NCBI GenBank assembly: GCA_037446635.1
Contig: JBBIIG010000012.1
Coordinates: 1-63,390, forward strand
DNA from: a bacterium
GTDB lineage: Bacteria > Zhuqueibacterota > Zhuqueibacteria > Oceanimicrobiales > Oceanimicrobiaceae
DNA: 63,390 nt
Direction of reading: 5' to 3'
Shown here: one piece after another, positions 40,816 through 51,223 of the stretch
How the letters are laid out: each line of letters opens with the position of its first letter
How positions within the stretch are numbered: the first letter of the stretch is position 1
Position numbers and translations under genes: made by a program
The notes under the pieces: model-generated
Databases searched by the model: none
The model's input: the letters and a program-made list of their open reading frames with translations, nothing else
What the model was told of the DNA's origin: nothing

Positions 40816-41846
40816 TGGTTCAGTTCGCGAATTTGAACGCGCTGTTTCTGCTTTTTTTGATTCCGCTTCTGAGCGTTTTCTATTATCTGGTTTTTAAATG
40901 GAAGCGACGCGCGATGAATCGTTTCGGAAATTTAGAATTGATTAAAAAGCTCAGCGCTTCCACCAGCCGCCGCCGGCAAATTTGGAAAGCGGTTTTGGTG
41001 ATTTGGGGCGTCGGTTTTATGGTGCTGGCGCTGGCGCGGCCGCAAATCGGCACCCGCCTCGAAGAGGTGAAACGCGAGGGCGTAGATATTTTTGTGGCCC
41101 TGGACGTCTCGTATTCCATGCTGGCAGAAGACGTCAAGCCCAGCCGTTTGGAGAAAGCGAAGTACGAGATTTCCAAATTCATCGACGGTTTGGAGGGCGA
41201 CCGCATCGGGTTGATTGCTTTTGCCGGCGAGGCGTTTATTCAATGTCCACTCACCCTCGATTACGGCGCGGGGAAAACGTTTTTGGAAATTATGGATCCG
41301 AGCCTTATCCCCGAGCCCGGCACCAATTTAGGCGCGGCGATTGAGTTGGCCGCCAAAAGTTTTGAGAGCCAGGAGCGCAAATACAAAGTGCTGATTCTAA
41401 TTACCGATGGCGAAGATCACGGCGAGAACGCGCAGCAAATGGCCGAAGCCGCTGCAAAAGAGGGCGTGGTGATCTACACGGTGGGCATCGGCTCCCCGCA
41501 GGGCGTGCCCATCCCCATCTACGACGAACGCGGCCAGCACATTGGGTTTAGAAAAGATCGCAGCGGCGAGGTGGTGTTAACCAAGTTGGACGCCTTCAGT
41601 TTAGGAAAAATTGCACAAGCGACCGGTGGCGAGTATTATTATTCTGCCACCGGCGAAACCAAGCTCGACAAGATTTACGATCAGATTGCAAAGATGGAAA
41701 AGCGGGAGGTGGCCTCGGCCAAGTTTACTCAGTTTGAAGAGCGCTTTCAATGGCTGCTGGCGTTTGCGATTTTTTTTCTGGCAGCGGAGGTGATCCTCTC
41801 TGAAAAAGTTAAACCCAAAGGGGAATGGCGCGGCCGCTTTGAGTGA
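40815..41846 (+). CDS. batB: BatB VWA-domain protein
   Basis: ALARPQ, DVSYSM and ITDGEDH motifs. Confidence 0.9.
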   Translation: MVQFANLNALFLLFLIPLLSVFYYLVFKWKRRAMNRFGNLELIKKLSASTSRRRQIWKAVLVIWGVGFMVLALARPQIGTRLEEVKREGVDIFVALDVSYSMLAEDVKPSRLEKAKYEISKFIDGLEGDRIGLIAFAGEAFIQCPLTLDYGAGKTFLEIMDPSLIPEPGTNLGAAIELAAKSFESQERKYKVLILITDGEDHGENAQQMAEAAAKEGVVIYTVGIGSPQGVPIPIYDERGQHIGFRKDRSGEVVLTKLDAFSLGKIAQATGGEYYYSATGETKLDKIYDQIAKMEKREVASAKFTQFEERFQWLLAFAIFFLAAEVILSEKVKPKGEWRGRFE

Positions 41847-41891
41847 TTCAATGCGAGTGATCAATTCACGAAAATTAAACGAGAGGCAACC

Positions 41892-42197
41892 ATGATAAAC
41901 AATTACACGGCAAAATACACGAAGATCAGTTCTGGTTAGATGGTGCAAGCGATTGAATGGCCAGAGATAATTACTGAAGGCAAGACAATTGAAGAGTGCC
42001 GTGAATTGCTTAAGGACGCGCTTCATGAAATGGTTCTGGCTTATCAACAGCAAAATAAGGAAGTTCCGGTTGGAGGGTGTTTAATTGAGCAAGTACCGGT
42101 CGTGGTTTAGCATTGTCAGTCAAGCGTCGTGAGCTAATTCGATATTTTGAAGAAAACGATTTGTGTAAGCAAGCCGGATTAAAACCAAAGTTTTAGA
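41892..42197 (+). pseudogene. Degraded hicB-hicA toxin-antitoxin pair
   Basis: hicB 41892-42110 reads MINNYTAKYTKISSG*MVQAIEWPEIITEGKTIEECRELLKDALHEM with an internal TAG at 41937; hicA start LSVKRRELIRYFEEND is truncated. Confidence 0.75.
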
Positions 42198-42207
42198 GAT
42201 AGGTATC

Positions 42208-42942
42208 ATGAAAAAGATCATCTTTGGCATCATTTTGAATTTCATTTTATTTTCAGTGCTTTTTGCCCAAGGCCACAAGCAGGTCAAAGAGGGCAACGAG
42301 CTGTTCTTCCAGGAAAAATACGACGAGGCCAATAACAAGTACCGCGACGCCCTGCTCGAGAACCCTGAATCACCGATTATTCATTTCAATATCGGCGACG
42401 TCTTATACAAAAAGAAAAATTACGAGGAGGCGCTCAAATCTTTCGACAAAACCACCGCGGCGGATGATATCCTCCTGCAATCGAAAAGTTACTACAACCT
42501 GGGCAACACGTTATATCGAATGGGGAAACTTCCCGAAAGCATTCAAATGTACAAAAAAGCTCTGGAACTGAACCCCGACGACGAAGACGCCAAGTACAAT
42601 CTCGAATACGTGCGGACAAAAATTAAAAACGAAGCCGAAAAACAGCCTGCGCAAAATCAGCCCCAAAGCAGCGGGCAACAAGAGCAACAGTCCGCTCCAA
42701 ATCAAAATCAAGACGAGCAAAACCAGGATCAACAAAAGCAAGAAGAGCAGCAGACCGAGCCCCGCGAAGATCAACAACAGCAGCAACCGCAGGAACAAAT
42801 GCAGCAAGCGGAGCCGGCTCAGGAAATTTCAAAAGAGGATGCGGAACGAATTTTAGACGCACTCAAAAATGAAGAAGGAGAATTACTGCAGCAGCAGCGC
42901 GCGAAAACGCCCGGGCGGCCGTTTCGCGGGAAGGATTGGTAA
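42208..42942 (+). CDS. batC: BatC TPR protein
   Basis: TPRs, Q-rich linker and C-terminal KDW. Confidence 0.88.
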   Translation: MKKIIFGIILNFILFSVLFAQGHKQVKEGNELFFQEKYDEANNKYRDALLENPESPIIHFNIGDVLYKKKNYEEALKSFDKTTAADDILLQSKSYYNLGNTLYRMGKLPESIQMYKKALELNPDDEDAKYNLEYVRTKIKNEAEKQPAQNQPQSSGQQEQQSAPNQNQDEQNQDQQKQEEQQTEPREDQQQQQPQEQMQQAEPAQEISKEDAERILDALKNEEGELLQQQRAKTPGRPFRGKDW

Positions 42943-42983
42943 AACTTTTAGAATTTTATTTCTCTTTGGGTAGTAATACTTTT

Positions 42984-44816
42984 ATGAAGCAAACTAAGAT
43001 TTTCATCGCTGTGGCCGGATTGCTGGCTTCAAGTTTTCTGGGCGCGCAAGATTTGCAAATCAGCGCCTATGTGAATCGCACCCAGATTCCCATCAACCAG
43101 CAATTCGAGCTAACGATCGAGCTGACCGGCGCCGACGCCAACCGCGCACCGCAGCCTGAAGTACCGGATCTCAGCCAATTTGCAGCGTTTCTCGGAACCA
43201 GCACCTCGCTGAGCACGCAAATTGTCAACAGCCAGATCTCGGTCTCGAAAATTTACAGCAACCATTTTGTTGCCACCAAAGAAGGCCAATTTCAGATTCC
43301 CGCCATCAAAGTGGATTTCAAAGGCCGGACTTTCACCACCGCTCCTATTGACATTGAAATTGTGAAAGGTCAAGCCGCCCCGCCGCCGGCGACAAACCGG
43401 CCGAATCGCGGCGGCACCAGCACTGACGCCGAGGACTTATCGCATCTTTTGTTTTTGAAAGCGGAAGCGAACAAGCACAGCGTCTATCAAAATGAGGCAG
43501 TGATTGTCACTTATAAAATTTACTATGCCCTGCCCCTGCGCGGCGGCAATATTTCTCAGACGCCCAATATGGTTGGATTTTGGTCGGAGGAATTTCCGAC
43601 CCCCCAACCGCCGCGCATTTATACGGAAATCATCAATGGCCGTCAATTTCAAGTGCAGGAGATCAAAAAGGTTGCCTTGTTTCCACAAACTGCCGGGACG
43701 AAGCGCCTCGAGCCGTTGGCGGTGGAGTGTGAAGTGCAGTTGCCCCGCCGGCGCAGCCGCGATTTTTTTGACAGCGTTTTTGACGATCCTTTCTTTGGCC
43801 TCGGCCGCACCGCGCGGCAAACCATCCGCTCGAATCCCATCACCATTACGGTTCTGCCCCTTCCGGAGGAGGGTAAACCGGCGGATTTCTCCGGCGCGGT
43901 GGGGAGTTTTTCTATTTCTGCGCAGGTGGACAAAAATCACGTTCAGACCAATGAGCCGGTTACTTTGAAATTAAAGGTGTCTGGAATCGGCAATCTCAAA
44001 ATCCTGCCGCAGCCCAAAATCGACTTCCCAGCAGATTTTGAAGTTTACGAGCCAAAGGTGAGCGAGAACATTCGCCGCGAGGGCGACCAGATCGCCGGCG
44101 ACAAAATTTTTGAATACGTCATCATTCCGCGTTTCCCGGGAAATCAGATCATCAAGCCGGCGGGATTTTCTTATTTCGATGTGAACAGTAAAAGTTACAA
44201 ACGAATTGCCACGGCTCCCCTCGAGATTACCGTGGCGAAAGGGAAAGACACCTTCGCGACGATTCCCATGGGGACATCGAAAGAAGATGTAAAATTGATA
44301 GGCCAGGATATTCGCTTCATTCAAATGCGAATGCCGGAGTTTCAAAAAATAGGGCCGCCGTTTTACAAATCGGCGCCGTTTTTCATGATGATGGTTTTTC
44401 CCCTGCTGATGTTGGGCGGCGCGATCGTTTACCGGCGGCATTTGGATAAGATGATCTCCAACGAAGCCTATGCCCGCAGCCGCACCGCCAACAAAATGGC
44501 TTTGAAGCGATTACGAAAAGCTCAGGCCCAAATGCGCAGCGGCAACCCCCGCGAATTTTACAGCGAAGTCTCCAAGGCATTGATGGGGTTTATCGGCGAC
44601 AAGTTGAACGTGCCGCCGGCCGGCCTAATCACAGAGGAAGTGGAGAATGTGCTGCGGGCGCGCGGCATTTCCAACGAGGTGGTGCGCGACTACCTCGAGT
44701 GCCTGAAAACCTGCGATTTCATGCGCTTCGCCCCGACGACGGCGAAAAATGGCGAGCTCAAAAACTTTTTTGAAAAAGCGCAAAAGGTCATCATCAGCTT
44801 GGATAAAGAGATATGA
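42984..44816 (+). CDS. batD: BatD protein
   Basis: Signal peptide, FSGAVG, G.GNLK and TM helix; position in the operon. Confidence 0.88.
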   Translation: MKQTKIFIAVAGLLASSFLGAQDLQISAYVNRTQIPINQQFELTIELTGADANRAPQPEVPDLSQFAAFLGTSTSLSTQIVNSQISVSKIYSNHFVATKEGQFQIPAIKVDFKGRTFTTAPIDIEIVKGQAAPPPATNRPNRGGTSTDAEDLSHLLFLKAEANKHSVYQNEAVIVTYKIYYALPLRGGNISQTPNMVGFWSEEFPTPQPPRIYTEIINGRQFQVQEIKKVALFPQTAGTKRLEPLAVECEVQLPRRRSRDFFDSVFDDPFFGLGRTARQTIRSNPITITVLPLPEEGKPADFSGAVGSFSISAQVDKNHVQTNEPVTLKLKVSGIGNLKILPQPKIDFPADFEVYEPKVSENIRREGDQIAGDKIFEYVIIPRFPGNQIIKPAGFSYFDVNSKSYKRIATAPLEITVAKGKDTFATIPMGTSKEDVKLIGQDIRFIQMRMPEFQKIGPPFYKSAPFFMMMVFPLLMLGGAIVYRRHLDKMISNEAYARSRTANKMALKRLRKAQAQMRSGNPREFYSEVSKALMGFIGDKLNVPPAGLITEEVENVLRARGISNEVVRDYLECLKTCDFMRFAPTTAKNGELKNFFEKAQKVIISLDKEI

Positions 44817-45577
44817 AAGTGGCGAAACTGGTTTTGGTTTTGATCCTCGTCGGTGGTGGGGCGGCCGCTTCCTTTGCCGATGAAGTCGAGTCCCTCTACA
44901 TACGCGCCAACGAACATTATCAGAAGAATGACTTTGCTTCGGCAATCGCTGAGTATCAAAAAATATTGCAGCTCGGCTATGAGAGTTGGGAAGTGTATTA
45001 CAATTTGGGCAACGCCTTTTATAAAAATGGCGATGTCGCCCGCGCGATTTTAAATTACGAGCGCGCCCGCAAGCTCGATCCAAAAAATGACGACGTCAAC
45101 TTCAACTTGGCCCTGGCGAACCTGTCGGTGGTGGATCGCATCCCGCAGTTGCCGCAATTCATTCTTTACACCTGGATTTACGAATTGGCGTCGCTGCTCA
45201 GCTTGAAATGGCTCGGAATAATTACCAGTTTGATCTATATTTTTTTTATGGGGATGGTCATTGGGCGGATCATGCTTCGTTCAGCCACTGCGATGCGGCT
45301 GCTGAAAATTTTTACGATCGCGGCCGGAATTTTTTTAGTGTTTTTTTCTGGATTATTTTTGCTGCGAGTTTATGAAAATGAATCGATCATCGAAGCGATC
45401 GTGATCGCCGAAAAAGTCGATGTGATGAGCGCCCCCGCCGGCGCCGGCACAGAATTGTTCAGCCTTCACGAGGGCGTGAAAGTGCAGATTCAGGATCAAT
45501 CGGGAACCTGGATGAAGATTCGCCTTGCCGACGGCAAAGTCGGCTGGCTCAGCGGCGACAGTGTAGAACGAATTTAA
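44813..45577 (+). CDS. batE: BatE TPR plus SH3 protein
   Basis: YNLGNA, ILNYERA and LHEGVKV...GKVGW. Confidence 0.88.
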   Translation: MKVAKLVLVLILVGGGAAASFADEVESLYIRANEHYQKNDFASAIAEYQKILQLGYESWEVYYNLGNAFYKNGDVARAILNYERARKLDPKNDDVNFNLALANLSVVDRIPQLPQFILYTWIYELASLLSLKWLGIITSLIYIFFMGMVIGRIMLRSATAMRLLKIFTIAAGIFLVFFSGLFLLRVYENESIIEAIVIAEKVDVMSAPAGAGTELFSLHEGVKVQIQDQSGTWMKIRLADGKVGWLSGDSVERI

Positions 45578-45584
45578 TGCCAAA

Positions 45585-46223
45585 GTGATCGCCAATTTTT
45601 GGCAGGGTAGTCGCTTGAATGTTGATTATCAAAAGTATGATCGGGATTATTCATTAAATCTCAAAAAAGCTGCGCTGGTTACCCTGATTGCGTTTAATTT
45701 GCTTTTTTTGTTTTCGCCGCGAATTAATTTTGAGCGGCCGGAGGTCGATTACAAAACTATCGTGACCATTGATGTAGAAAACATTCCCGTTACCCGGCAG
45801 AGCCGGCGCGTCTCCCCGCCGCCGCGTCCCACTATCCCCATTCCCACGGATGATGAAACTGTTCCAGAAGACGAGACTATCGCGGTGACCGACTTGAGCG
45901 TCGCCAATGTTTTTAATTACCCCAAGGGTGCACCAGCGGGCGTCAACATCACGCCGCCGCGGCCCATTGCCTGGGTGTTTCCGGAATTTCCGGAAAGCGA
46001 GAAAAAGCGGGGCGTCCAAGGGGTGGTAAAACTCAGCATTCACATCAACGAGCGGGGGGAGGTCATCGAAGTGGTAGTGCTGCAAAACACCACTGGCAGC
46101 GAAAAATGCGCCGCAGCGGCCACGGTCGCGGCGTACGGCAGCCGCTTTTTCCCCGCCCGCGAAGGGGGCAGAGCCATTCGTTATTGGCTTACTCAGCCCT
46201 ATCGTTTCGATGGTGGAAATTGA
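45585..46223 (+). CDS. TonB-family energy transducer
   Basis: TM helix, Pro-rich linker and C-terminal GVQGVVKL..INERG. Confidence 0.8.
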   Translation: MIANFWQGSRLNVDYQKYDRDYSLNLKKAALVTLIAFNLLFLFSPRINFERPEVDYKTIVTIDVENIPVTRQSRRVSPPPRPTIPIPTDDETVPEDETIAVTDLSVANVFNYPKGAPAGVNITPPRPIAWVFPEFPESEKKRGVQGVVKLSIHINERGEVIEVVVLQNTTGSEKCAAAATVAAYGSRFFPAREGGRAIRYWLTQPYRFDGGN

Positions 46224-46348
46224 TTGGCGGCAATTTGGTTGGCAGTCACTGTTAATGAAGTTGCATATGATTTCGGTTGAAATTCAAGAATGAACCAATC
46301 TCAAGCCTGAACGTTTAAACAAGTGCACGTTTTTTCGGAAGCGGTCGA

Positions 46349-46364
46349 TGGCATGGCCTTTGCA
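46349..46364 (+). promoter_or_regulatory. Putative sigma54 promoter
   Basis: TGGCATGGCCTTTGCA (GG-N10-GC), about 55 nt before the ATG. Confidence 0.6.
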
Positions 46365-46418
46365 AAAAATGTTTGACAGAAATTATGATACGTACCTTTA
46401 AAAATTGAGGAGAGGATC

Positions 46419-47585
46419 ATGGCTAAGCTACTGAGAACTCGCATCCTTTGGGTGAGCCTGCTAATTGGCGGCGCGGTTTTGCTGTCGGGTTGCTATACCC
46501 AGTTGGCCAAGCCCGAAGGAACGAAAGTGGTGAGAGAATATGAGGGTGAACCGTACTACTCTGAGGCGGACACGGAGTACGTTGAGGAAGAGTATGTTGA
46601 AGAAGAGGCCTATACGGATTCGCGAGAAGTTCATGTCTATCATCATGTTCCCTACTATGGTTATTATGGCACGCCGTGGTGGTTCGATCCATTCTACGAT
46701 CCGTTTTTCTACGATTATTACGGACCCTATTCCAGCTTCGTGTCGATTCATGTCGGCTACTATGATCCGTTTTATTTCAGCTACTTTTATTATCCCTACT
46801 CCTACCGCTACCGGCCCTATTATTACGGTTTTGACTGTTATCGTCCCGTTCGCGGCTACTTCGTCCTCTATTACCCCGGCCAATATGTAAATGTAAACAC
46901 CGTACCGTTCCAGCAGCGGGGGTTCAGCCGTCGCGGCACGCAGACCACTGACGACTTGGGTTATCATCCCAACCGGGTTTCGGTTGGCAATTCCAGCGGC
47001 GGAGCTGTAGCGAGCAATCCCGTCAACTCATCTGGTTCTGGAACTCAAAGCGATCGCAGAAGGACGAGAAGGGCGCCGGCAAATCCGGGCCGGATTGAAA
47101 ACACGGAAAAACCGACATCCAGCCCCAGCTCGAATGTCAACGATACCCGCCGGACCCCGAAATCCGTGGGGCCGCAGTCGAGCCCGCAGCCGGAATCGAA
47201 ACCCAATACGAATTCCAACAGCGGCGATTCCTCAAGAAGAAGTCCGCGGCGCGAGTCGAAACAAAACATCAGCGAATCGTACCGGCCAGTTAATCGTGAG
47301 GTTTCAAAGCCAACTTCTCAAAGTAATGTGATCTCGAAATCCAAAGGGCGGGTCATTAGAACGCGCACAACTAAGAGTTCACCAAAGAGTGAAAGCGTCA
47401 AATCGTCCGAACCCGTAGCGCCGAAATCTTCGCCATCGACGAATAGCTATTCGTCGAGCAGCCGCAGCAGCAGCCAGCCGAGCTCATCGATTCGCAGCTC
47501 GAACGGCGGGGGCGGCGGCTCTAAAAGCAGCGCTTCTTCAGGCGGCTCAAAAAGTTCGTCGTCCGGCCGCAGGGCCAGACGATAA
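46419..47585 (+). CDS. Lipoprotein with a Tyr-rich region and a Ser/Arg-rich disordered tail
   Basis: Lipobox LSGC; SD GAGGAG; low-complexity composition. Confidence 0.8.
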   Translation: MAKLLRTRILWVSLLIGGAVLLSGCYTQLAKPEGTKVVREYEGEPYYSEADTEYVEEEYVEEEAYTDSREVHVYHHVPYYGYYGTPWWFDPFYDPFFYDYYGPYSSFVSIHVGYYDPFYFSYFYYPYSYRYRPYYYGFDCYRPVRGYFVLYYPGQYVNVNTVPFQQRGFSRRGTQTTDDLGYHPNRVSVGNSSGGAVASNPVNSSGSGTQSDRRRTRRAPANPGRIENTEKPTSSPSSNVNDTRRTPKSVGPQSSPQPESKPNTNSNSGDSSRRSPRRESKQNISESYRPVNREVSKPTSQSNVISKSKGRVIRTRTTKSSPKSESVKSSEPVAPKSSPSTNSYSSSSRSSSQPSSSIRSSNGGGGGSKSSASSGGSKSSSSGRRARR

Positions 47586-47599
47586 ATCGTCGATGAAAA

Positions 47600-48937
47600 A
47601 TGGCAAGGATTAGAAAAATGAACCGCAAAAAAATAGTGCTGGTAATTTCGTCGCTGCTGGTGTTGTCTGTTTCGCTTCCAAACGCAACCTATTCGCAGGA
47701 AGAGATTTTTTCGCTAGGGTTCCAATTAGGGAATGGCGCCCGCGCGTTGGCGATGGGGGGAGCTTATACTTCCATTGGCGGCGACTACTCGGCGTCGCTG
47801 TGGAATCCAGCTGCGCTCGCCAGTGTTCGCCGAACCGAAGTGTTCGGCTCGCTCAGTCACCTCATGCGCCAAAACACCACCCAATTCAGCGCCATCGGCG
47901 TTGAGAACGATGCCTCTTTCACTAAATTGAATGACTTCGGAGTGGCCTACGCTGTGCCCACCGTTCGCGGCAGCCTAGTGTTTTCATTCGGCTACAATCG
48001 CGTAAAAACCTATGATTCCAACTTCGCGTTTGAGTGGTTTAACCCCACTGAAGACGATCTCGTCTCGCAGGCCTGGCGGGAAATCGAAGACGGCAGCCTC
48101 AACGCCTGGACGTTGGCGGGCGCCGTGGATATCTCCCCGAATGCCTCCGCGGGCTTGGGTCTGAATTTTTGGAACGGCGGCACCGATTTTGGCTCCACCT
48201 TCCGCGAAGTCGATGTCGATAATATTTACACCTTTGAATCCTTCACCGTGGAAGACAATTTGAACACGGATATCACCGGCTTTAATCTGAAAGGCGGCGC
48301 TCTTTTTAAAATCGGGCCAATGTTGAGATTGGGCGCCGCGATTAGCACGCCAATCAAATTCAAGGTCGAAGAAAATTTCTTTTCCGATACTTTGCTTGTT
48401 TTTGATGATGGGCTCACCGAAAGCTTCCCTGATGAAGGAGGAGTTTTTGAGTACCGCATTCGTTCGCCGTGGACGTTCACCGGCGGCGCATCGCTGCATT
48501 TGCTCAATTTCGTTTTCTCCGGCGACGTCGAGTACAACGATTGGTCGCAAGTGCGTTACACCAGCGAGCCGCCCTTCGCCGGCTTGACAGAAAATCAAGC
48601 CAATCGCCTCATCCGTGAAAATTATCGTCCTACTGCCCGCGTGAGATTGGGTGCGGAGTTCAATCTGCCGTTGACCGGCATTAGTTTTCGCGCCGGCTAC
48701 TTTCGAGACCCCTCCATCCGCCAGAACCGGCCGTCTGAAGAAGATAAGCAGTTCTATTCGGCGGGCGTGGGATTTCTAGTGGACAAGCAGGTTAAGTTGG
48801 ACGTGGCCTTCGTCCATGGTTTTTGGAAAAGTTTCAACGGTGAATTGCCGGTGCCCGACAGAGCCACCGATGTTACCAATCATGTTGAAGACATCAAAGT
48901 CAACAAAGTATTTGTGACGCTGGCGTTTCGCTTGTAA
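47600..48937 (+). CDS. OmpP1/FadL-like outer-membrane beta-barrel
   Basis: GARALAMGGA..WNPAAL motif and terminal AFRL. Confidence 0.82.
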   Translation: MARIRKMNRKKIVLVISSLLVLSVSLPNATYSQEEIFSLGFQLGNGARALAMGGAYTSIGGDYSASLWNPAALASVRRTEVFGSLSHLMRQNTTQFSAIGVENDASFTKLNDFGVAYAVPTVRGSLVFSFGYNRVKTYDSNFAFEWFNPTEDDLVSQAWREIEDGSLNAWTLAGAVDISPNASAGLGLNFWNGGTDFGSTFREVDVDNIYTFESFTVEDNLNTDITGFNLKGGALFKIGPMLRLGAAISTPIKFKVEENFFSDTLLVFDDGLTESFPDEGGVFEYRIRSPWTFTGGASLHLLNFVFSGDVEYNDWSQVRYTSEPPFAGLTENQANRLIRENYRPTARVRLGAEFNLPLTGISFRAGYFRDPSIRQNRPSEEDKQFYSAGVGFLVDKQVKLDVAFVHGFWKSFNGELPVPDRATDVTNHVEDIKVNKVFVTLAFRL

Positions 48938-48941
48938 TCTC

Positions 48942-48982
48942 AAACTCCGAGTTGTCGCCGCCAGACGCGACTCGGAGTTTTT
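48942..48982 (+). terminator. Intrinsic terminator
   Basis: aaactccgagt...actcggagttt followed by T residues. Confidence 0.7.
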
Positions 48983-49025
48983 CTTTTCCGCGCGTTTTTT
49001 CAAGCCTATTCAATGGGGTGGAGTT

Positions 49026-50093
49026 ATGCTGAATCGTACCGTTGCTTTCGCGCTATTTGTTTTGCTTTTTACGGGGGTGTTATCGCAAGCGCAAAACAAA
49101 GACGAGGTCGTCACCATTCTTCTGAACAACGGCGACAAAATTGATGCGATCGTTTCGGAAATTAGTTATGATCGCATCGAGTTCAAAGCCAAGAGCTCGA
49201 AAAAGGCCTACGAGTATGGGGAGGTGCTGAATGTCGAGCGGGTCACGGGCATCAAACTCAAAAACGGCATGGTGATGTCGGTGAAAGAATATCGCGCATA
49301 TCTCAAGGATAGCGCGACCGCATCACCGGGCAAAAAGGCGCCGGCGAAACCCGCCGCTGTTGAAACTCCCAAAGCTTTGCCGCCGGGCGCGGATCCGCAA
49401 TACGAAGCTCTCAAAAGCAAACTCATCTCTGAGATGACGCAAAATGAATTTGAATATTTTATGTTGAAAGAAAAAGAACGGTTGGCAGCGCAGGAAGTCA
49501 AGGCGGCGGCCGCTAGCGAGACACTGGTAGTTGAAGAAAAGAAAGCCTTGCCTGTCATCCAACCGGCGGTGGTTGCGCCGGCGCCGGTTTCCGCCAGCGC
49601 GCCAACGCCTCCACCGGCCGCGCCCGAAGCCGTTCAGGATGATTTGGTGAACACGCTGATTGCCGCCGATCTCGCGCCGGCGCTTCTCAATTATCTCCAC
49701 CAAAAAGCCAGCCGCGGCGAAACGCTGACCGCCATTGAGGCCAGCCTTTCCAAACGCATTCAAGATAATTCGCAATGGCAGGAAAAGTTGGACGACGTCA
49801 AATATCTCGATCGCGTTTCATACAAAGCGCTGGAGCGGGCGTACATTTACAATCCCGATGACTTGCAAAATCAATTAGGGCTAAAATTCGATCGCGACGC
49901 CGAGATGGATTTCAGCGATTTGATGGAGCAGCTTCACCGCAGAATGGGCGGCAACGTTCGAATCGGCGATTTCCGGATTTTGGTGGATCTGTTTGACGAG
50001 AGCGGCGCCCGCGCCATCAAAGAGCTGCTTGAAAATTACGAGACCTGGGCCTTTGCCACTCAAGGCAATCAGCAATTCAGCAGCAAAAATTAA
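49026..50093 (+). CDS. Secreted hypothetical protein
   Basis: Signal peptide and Pro/Ala linkers. Confidence 0.75.
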   Translation: MLNRTVAFALFVLLFTGVLSQAQNKDEVVTILLNNGDKIDAIVSEISYDRIEFKAKSSKKAYEYGEVLNVERVTGIKLKNGMVMSVKEYRAYLKDSATASPGKKAPAKPAAVETPKALPPGADPQYEALKSKLISEMTQNEFEYFMLKEKERLAAQEVKAAAASETLVVEEKKALPVIQPAVVAPAPVSASAPTPPPAAPEAVQDDLVNTLIAADLAPALLNYLHQKASRGETLTAIEASLSKRIQDNSQWQEKLDDVKYLDRVSYKALERAYIYNPDDLQNQLGLKFDRDAEMDFSDLMEQLHRRMGGNVRIGDFRILVDLFDESGARAIKELLENYETWAFATQGNQQFSSKN

Positions 50094-50125
50094 CATTTTC
50101 AAGCCTGTTTCCTTCACTCCTCAAT

Positions 50126-50160
50126 AAAAGGCGACTGCCGAAAGGCAATCGCCTTTTTTT
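50126..50160 (+). terminator. Intrinsic terminator
   Basis: aaaaggcgactgcc-gaaa-ggcaatcgcctttttt. Confidence 0.8.
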
Positions 50161-50314
50161 ATTCGGGCGGCGCGCCTCCGAATTTTTAATTGCATCGCTA
50201 TTTTTTTTTTAATATTTTCACTCACGAAAAATGGGAGCGCGCAAACGAATCAAAATATGATAAATGAACTGAGAATAAAAATGCAAAATTGGAAAAGAAA
50301 TAATTGACGAAGGT

Positions 50315-51079
50315 ATGAGGAGGATTTTAGTGAAAATCATTAAGAAAGTTTTGTTGGCTCTTTTTTTGTTGGCTGCAACAAATTTGTTTGCCCAGGACGA
50401 ACTTCAGCCCCAGCTCTTAATCGATCTCCCCACGGCCGCCACCCTTGAACGCGGCAGCTACGCTATCAACCTGCGGTTGTTTGGCAACGGCGGATTGTTG
50501 GCGGACGTGGCGGTCGGCGTGACCCCACGTTTCATGTTCGGGCTGTCGTTCGGCGGCGAGAGCATCGTTGGCGAAGGCGATATCAACTGGAATCCGGAGC
50601 CCGGAATCCAAGCGCGTTTCCGTGTCATCGACGAAAACTACGTGACGCCGGCGATCACCTTGGGATTTGACTCGCAAGGTTTTGGCGCACACGTGGACAC
50701 GCTGGATCGCTACCTCAATAAATCGCGCGGCCTGTTTGCGGTGGCCAGTAAAAACTACGCCTTTCTTCACAACCTGGGCCTGCACGGCGGCATCAATTAC
50801 AGCCTCGAAAACGATGACGACGACAAAGAACTGAATTTTTTTCTCGGCGCGGACTTGAGCTTCAACCGCGAACTGCGTGTGATGCTGGAGTACGATTTTG
50901 CCCGCAACGACAACGAGAACGATCAAATCTTCGGCTCCGGCGAGGGCTACTTGAATGCCGCCGCCCGCTGGTCGGTTTCTGAAAATTTCTACGTGCAGGG
51001 CATGTTGAAAAATTTGTTTAAAAACGGCCCCAACGGCGTGACGCGAGAAATCAAGATTGGCTATTTTGAATATTTTTAG
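50315..51079 (+). CDS. Outer-membrane beta-barrel protein (YjbH-domain-like)
   Basis: LIDLPTAATL motif, alternating beta strands and terminal Phe. Confidence 0.65.
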   Translation: MRRILVKIIKKVLLALFLLAATNLFAQDELQPQLLIDLPTAATLERGSYAINLRLFGNGGLLADVAVGVTPRFMFGLSFGGESIVGEGDINWNPEPGIQARFRVIDENYVTPAITLGFDSQGFGAHVDTLDRYLNKSRGLFAVASKNYAFLHNLGLHGGINYSLENDDDDKELNFFLGADLSFNRELRVMLEYDFARNDNENDQIFGSGEGYLNAAARWSVSENFYVQGMLKNLFKNGPNGVTREIKIGYFEYF

Positions 51080-51099
51080 GCCTTAAAAAATTGTAGCTT

Positions 51100-51198
51100 G
51101 TCATTGCGAGGAGTCCATAAAGGATTCTGAAATTCTAAAACTAAGGTTGCGGACGACGAAGCCATCTCCAGCCGATCATCAGGAGATTCTTCGCTCCT
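51100..51198. repeat. GTCATTGCGAG-type palindromic element
   Basis: tgtcattgcgagga...gacgaagccatctcc...ggagattcttcgctc; related copies at 54625 and 60127. Confidence 0.6.
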
Positions 51199-51223
51199 TA
51201 AATGTAAATTAGCGGAAAAATCC

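Noticed and set aside
41937..41939. In-frame TAG in hicB as pyrrolysine or stop-codon recoding
   Set aside because: TAG ends several clear genes here (for example tpiA and dnaJ), and the partner hicA is also broken, so decay is the simpler explanation.
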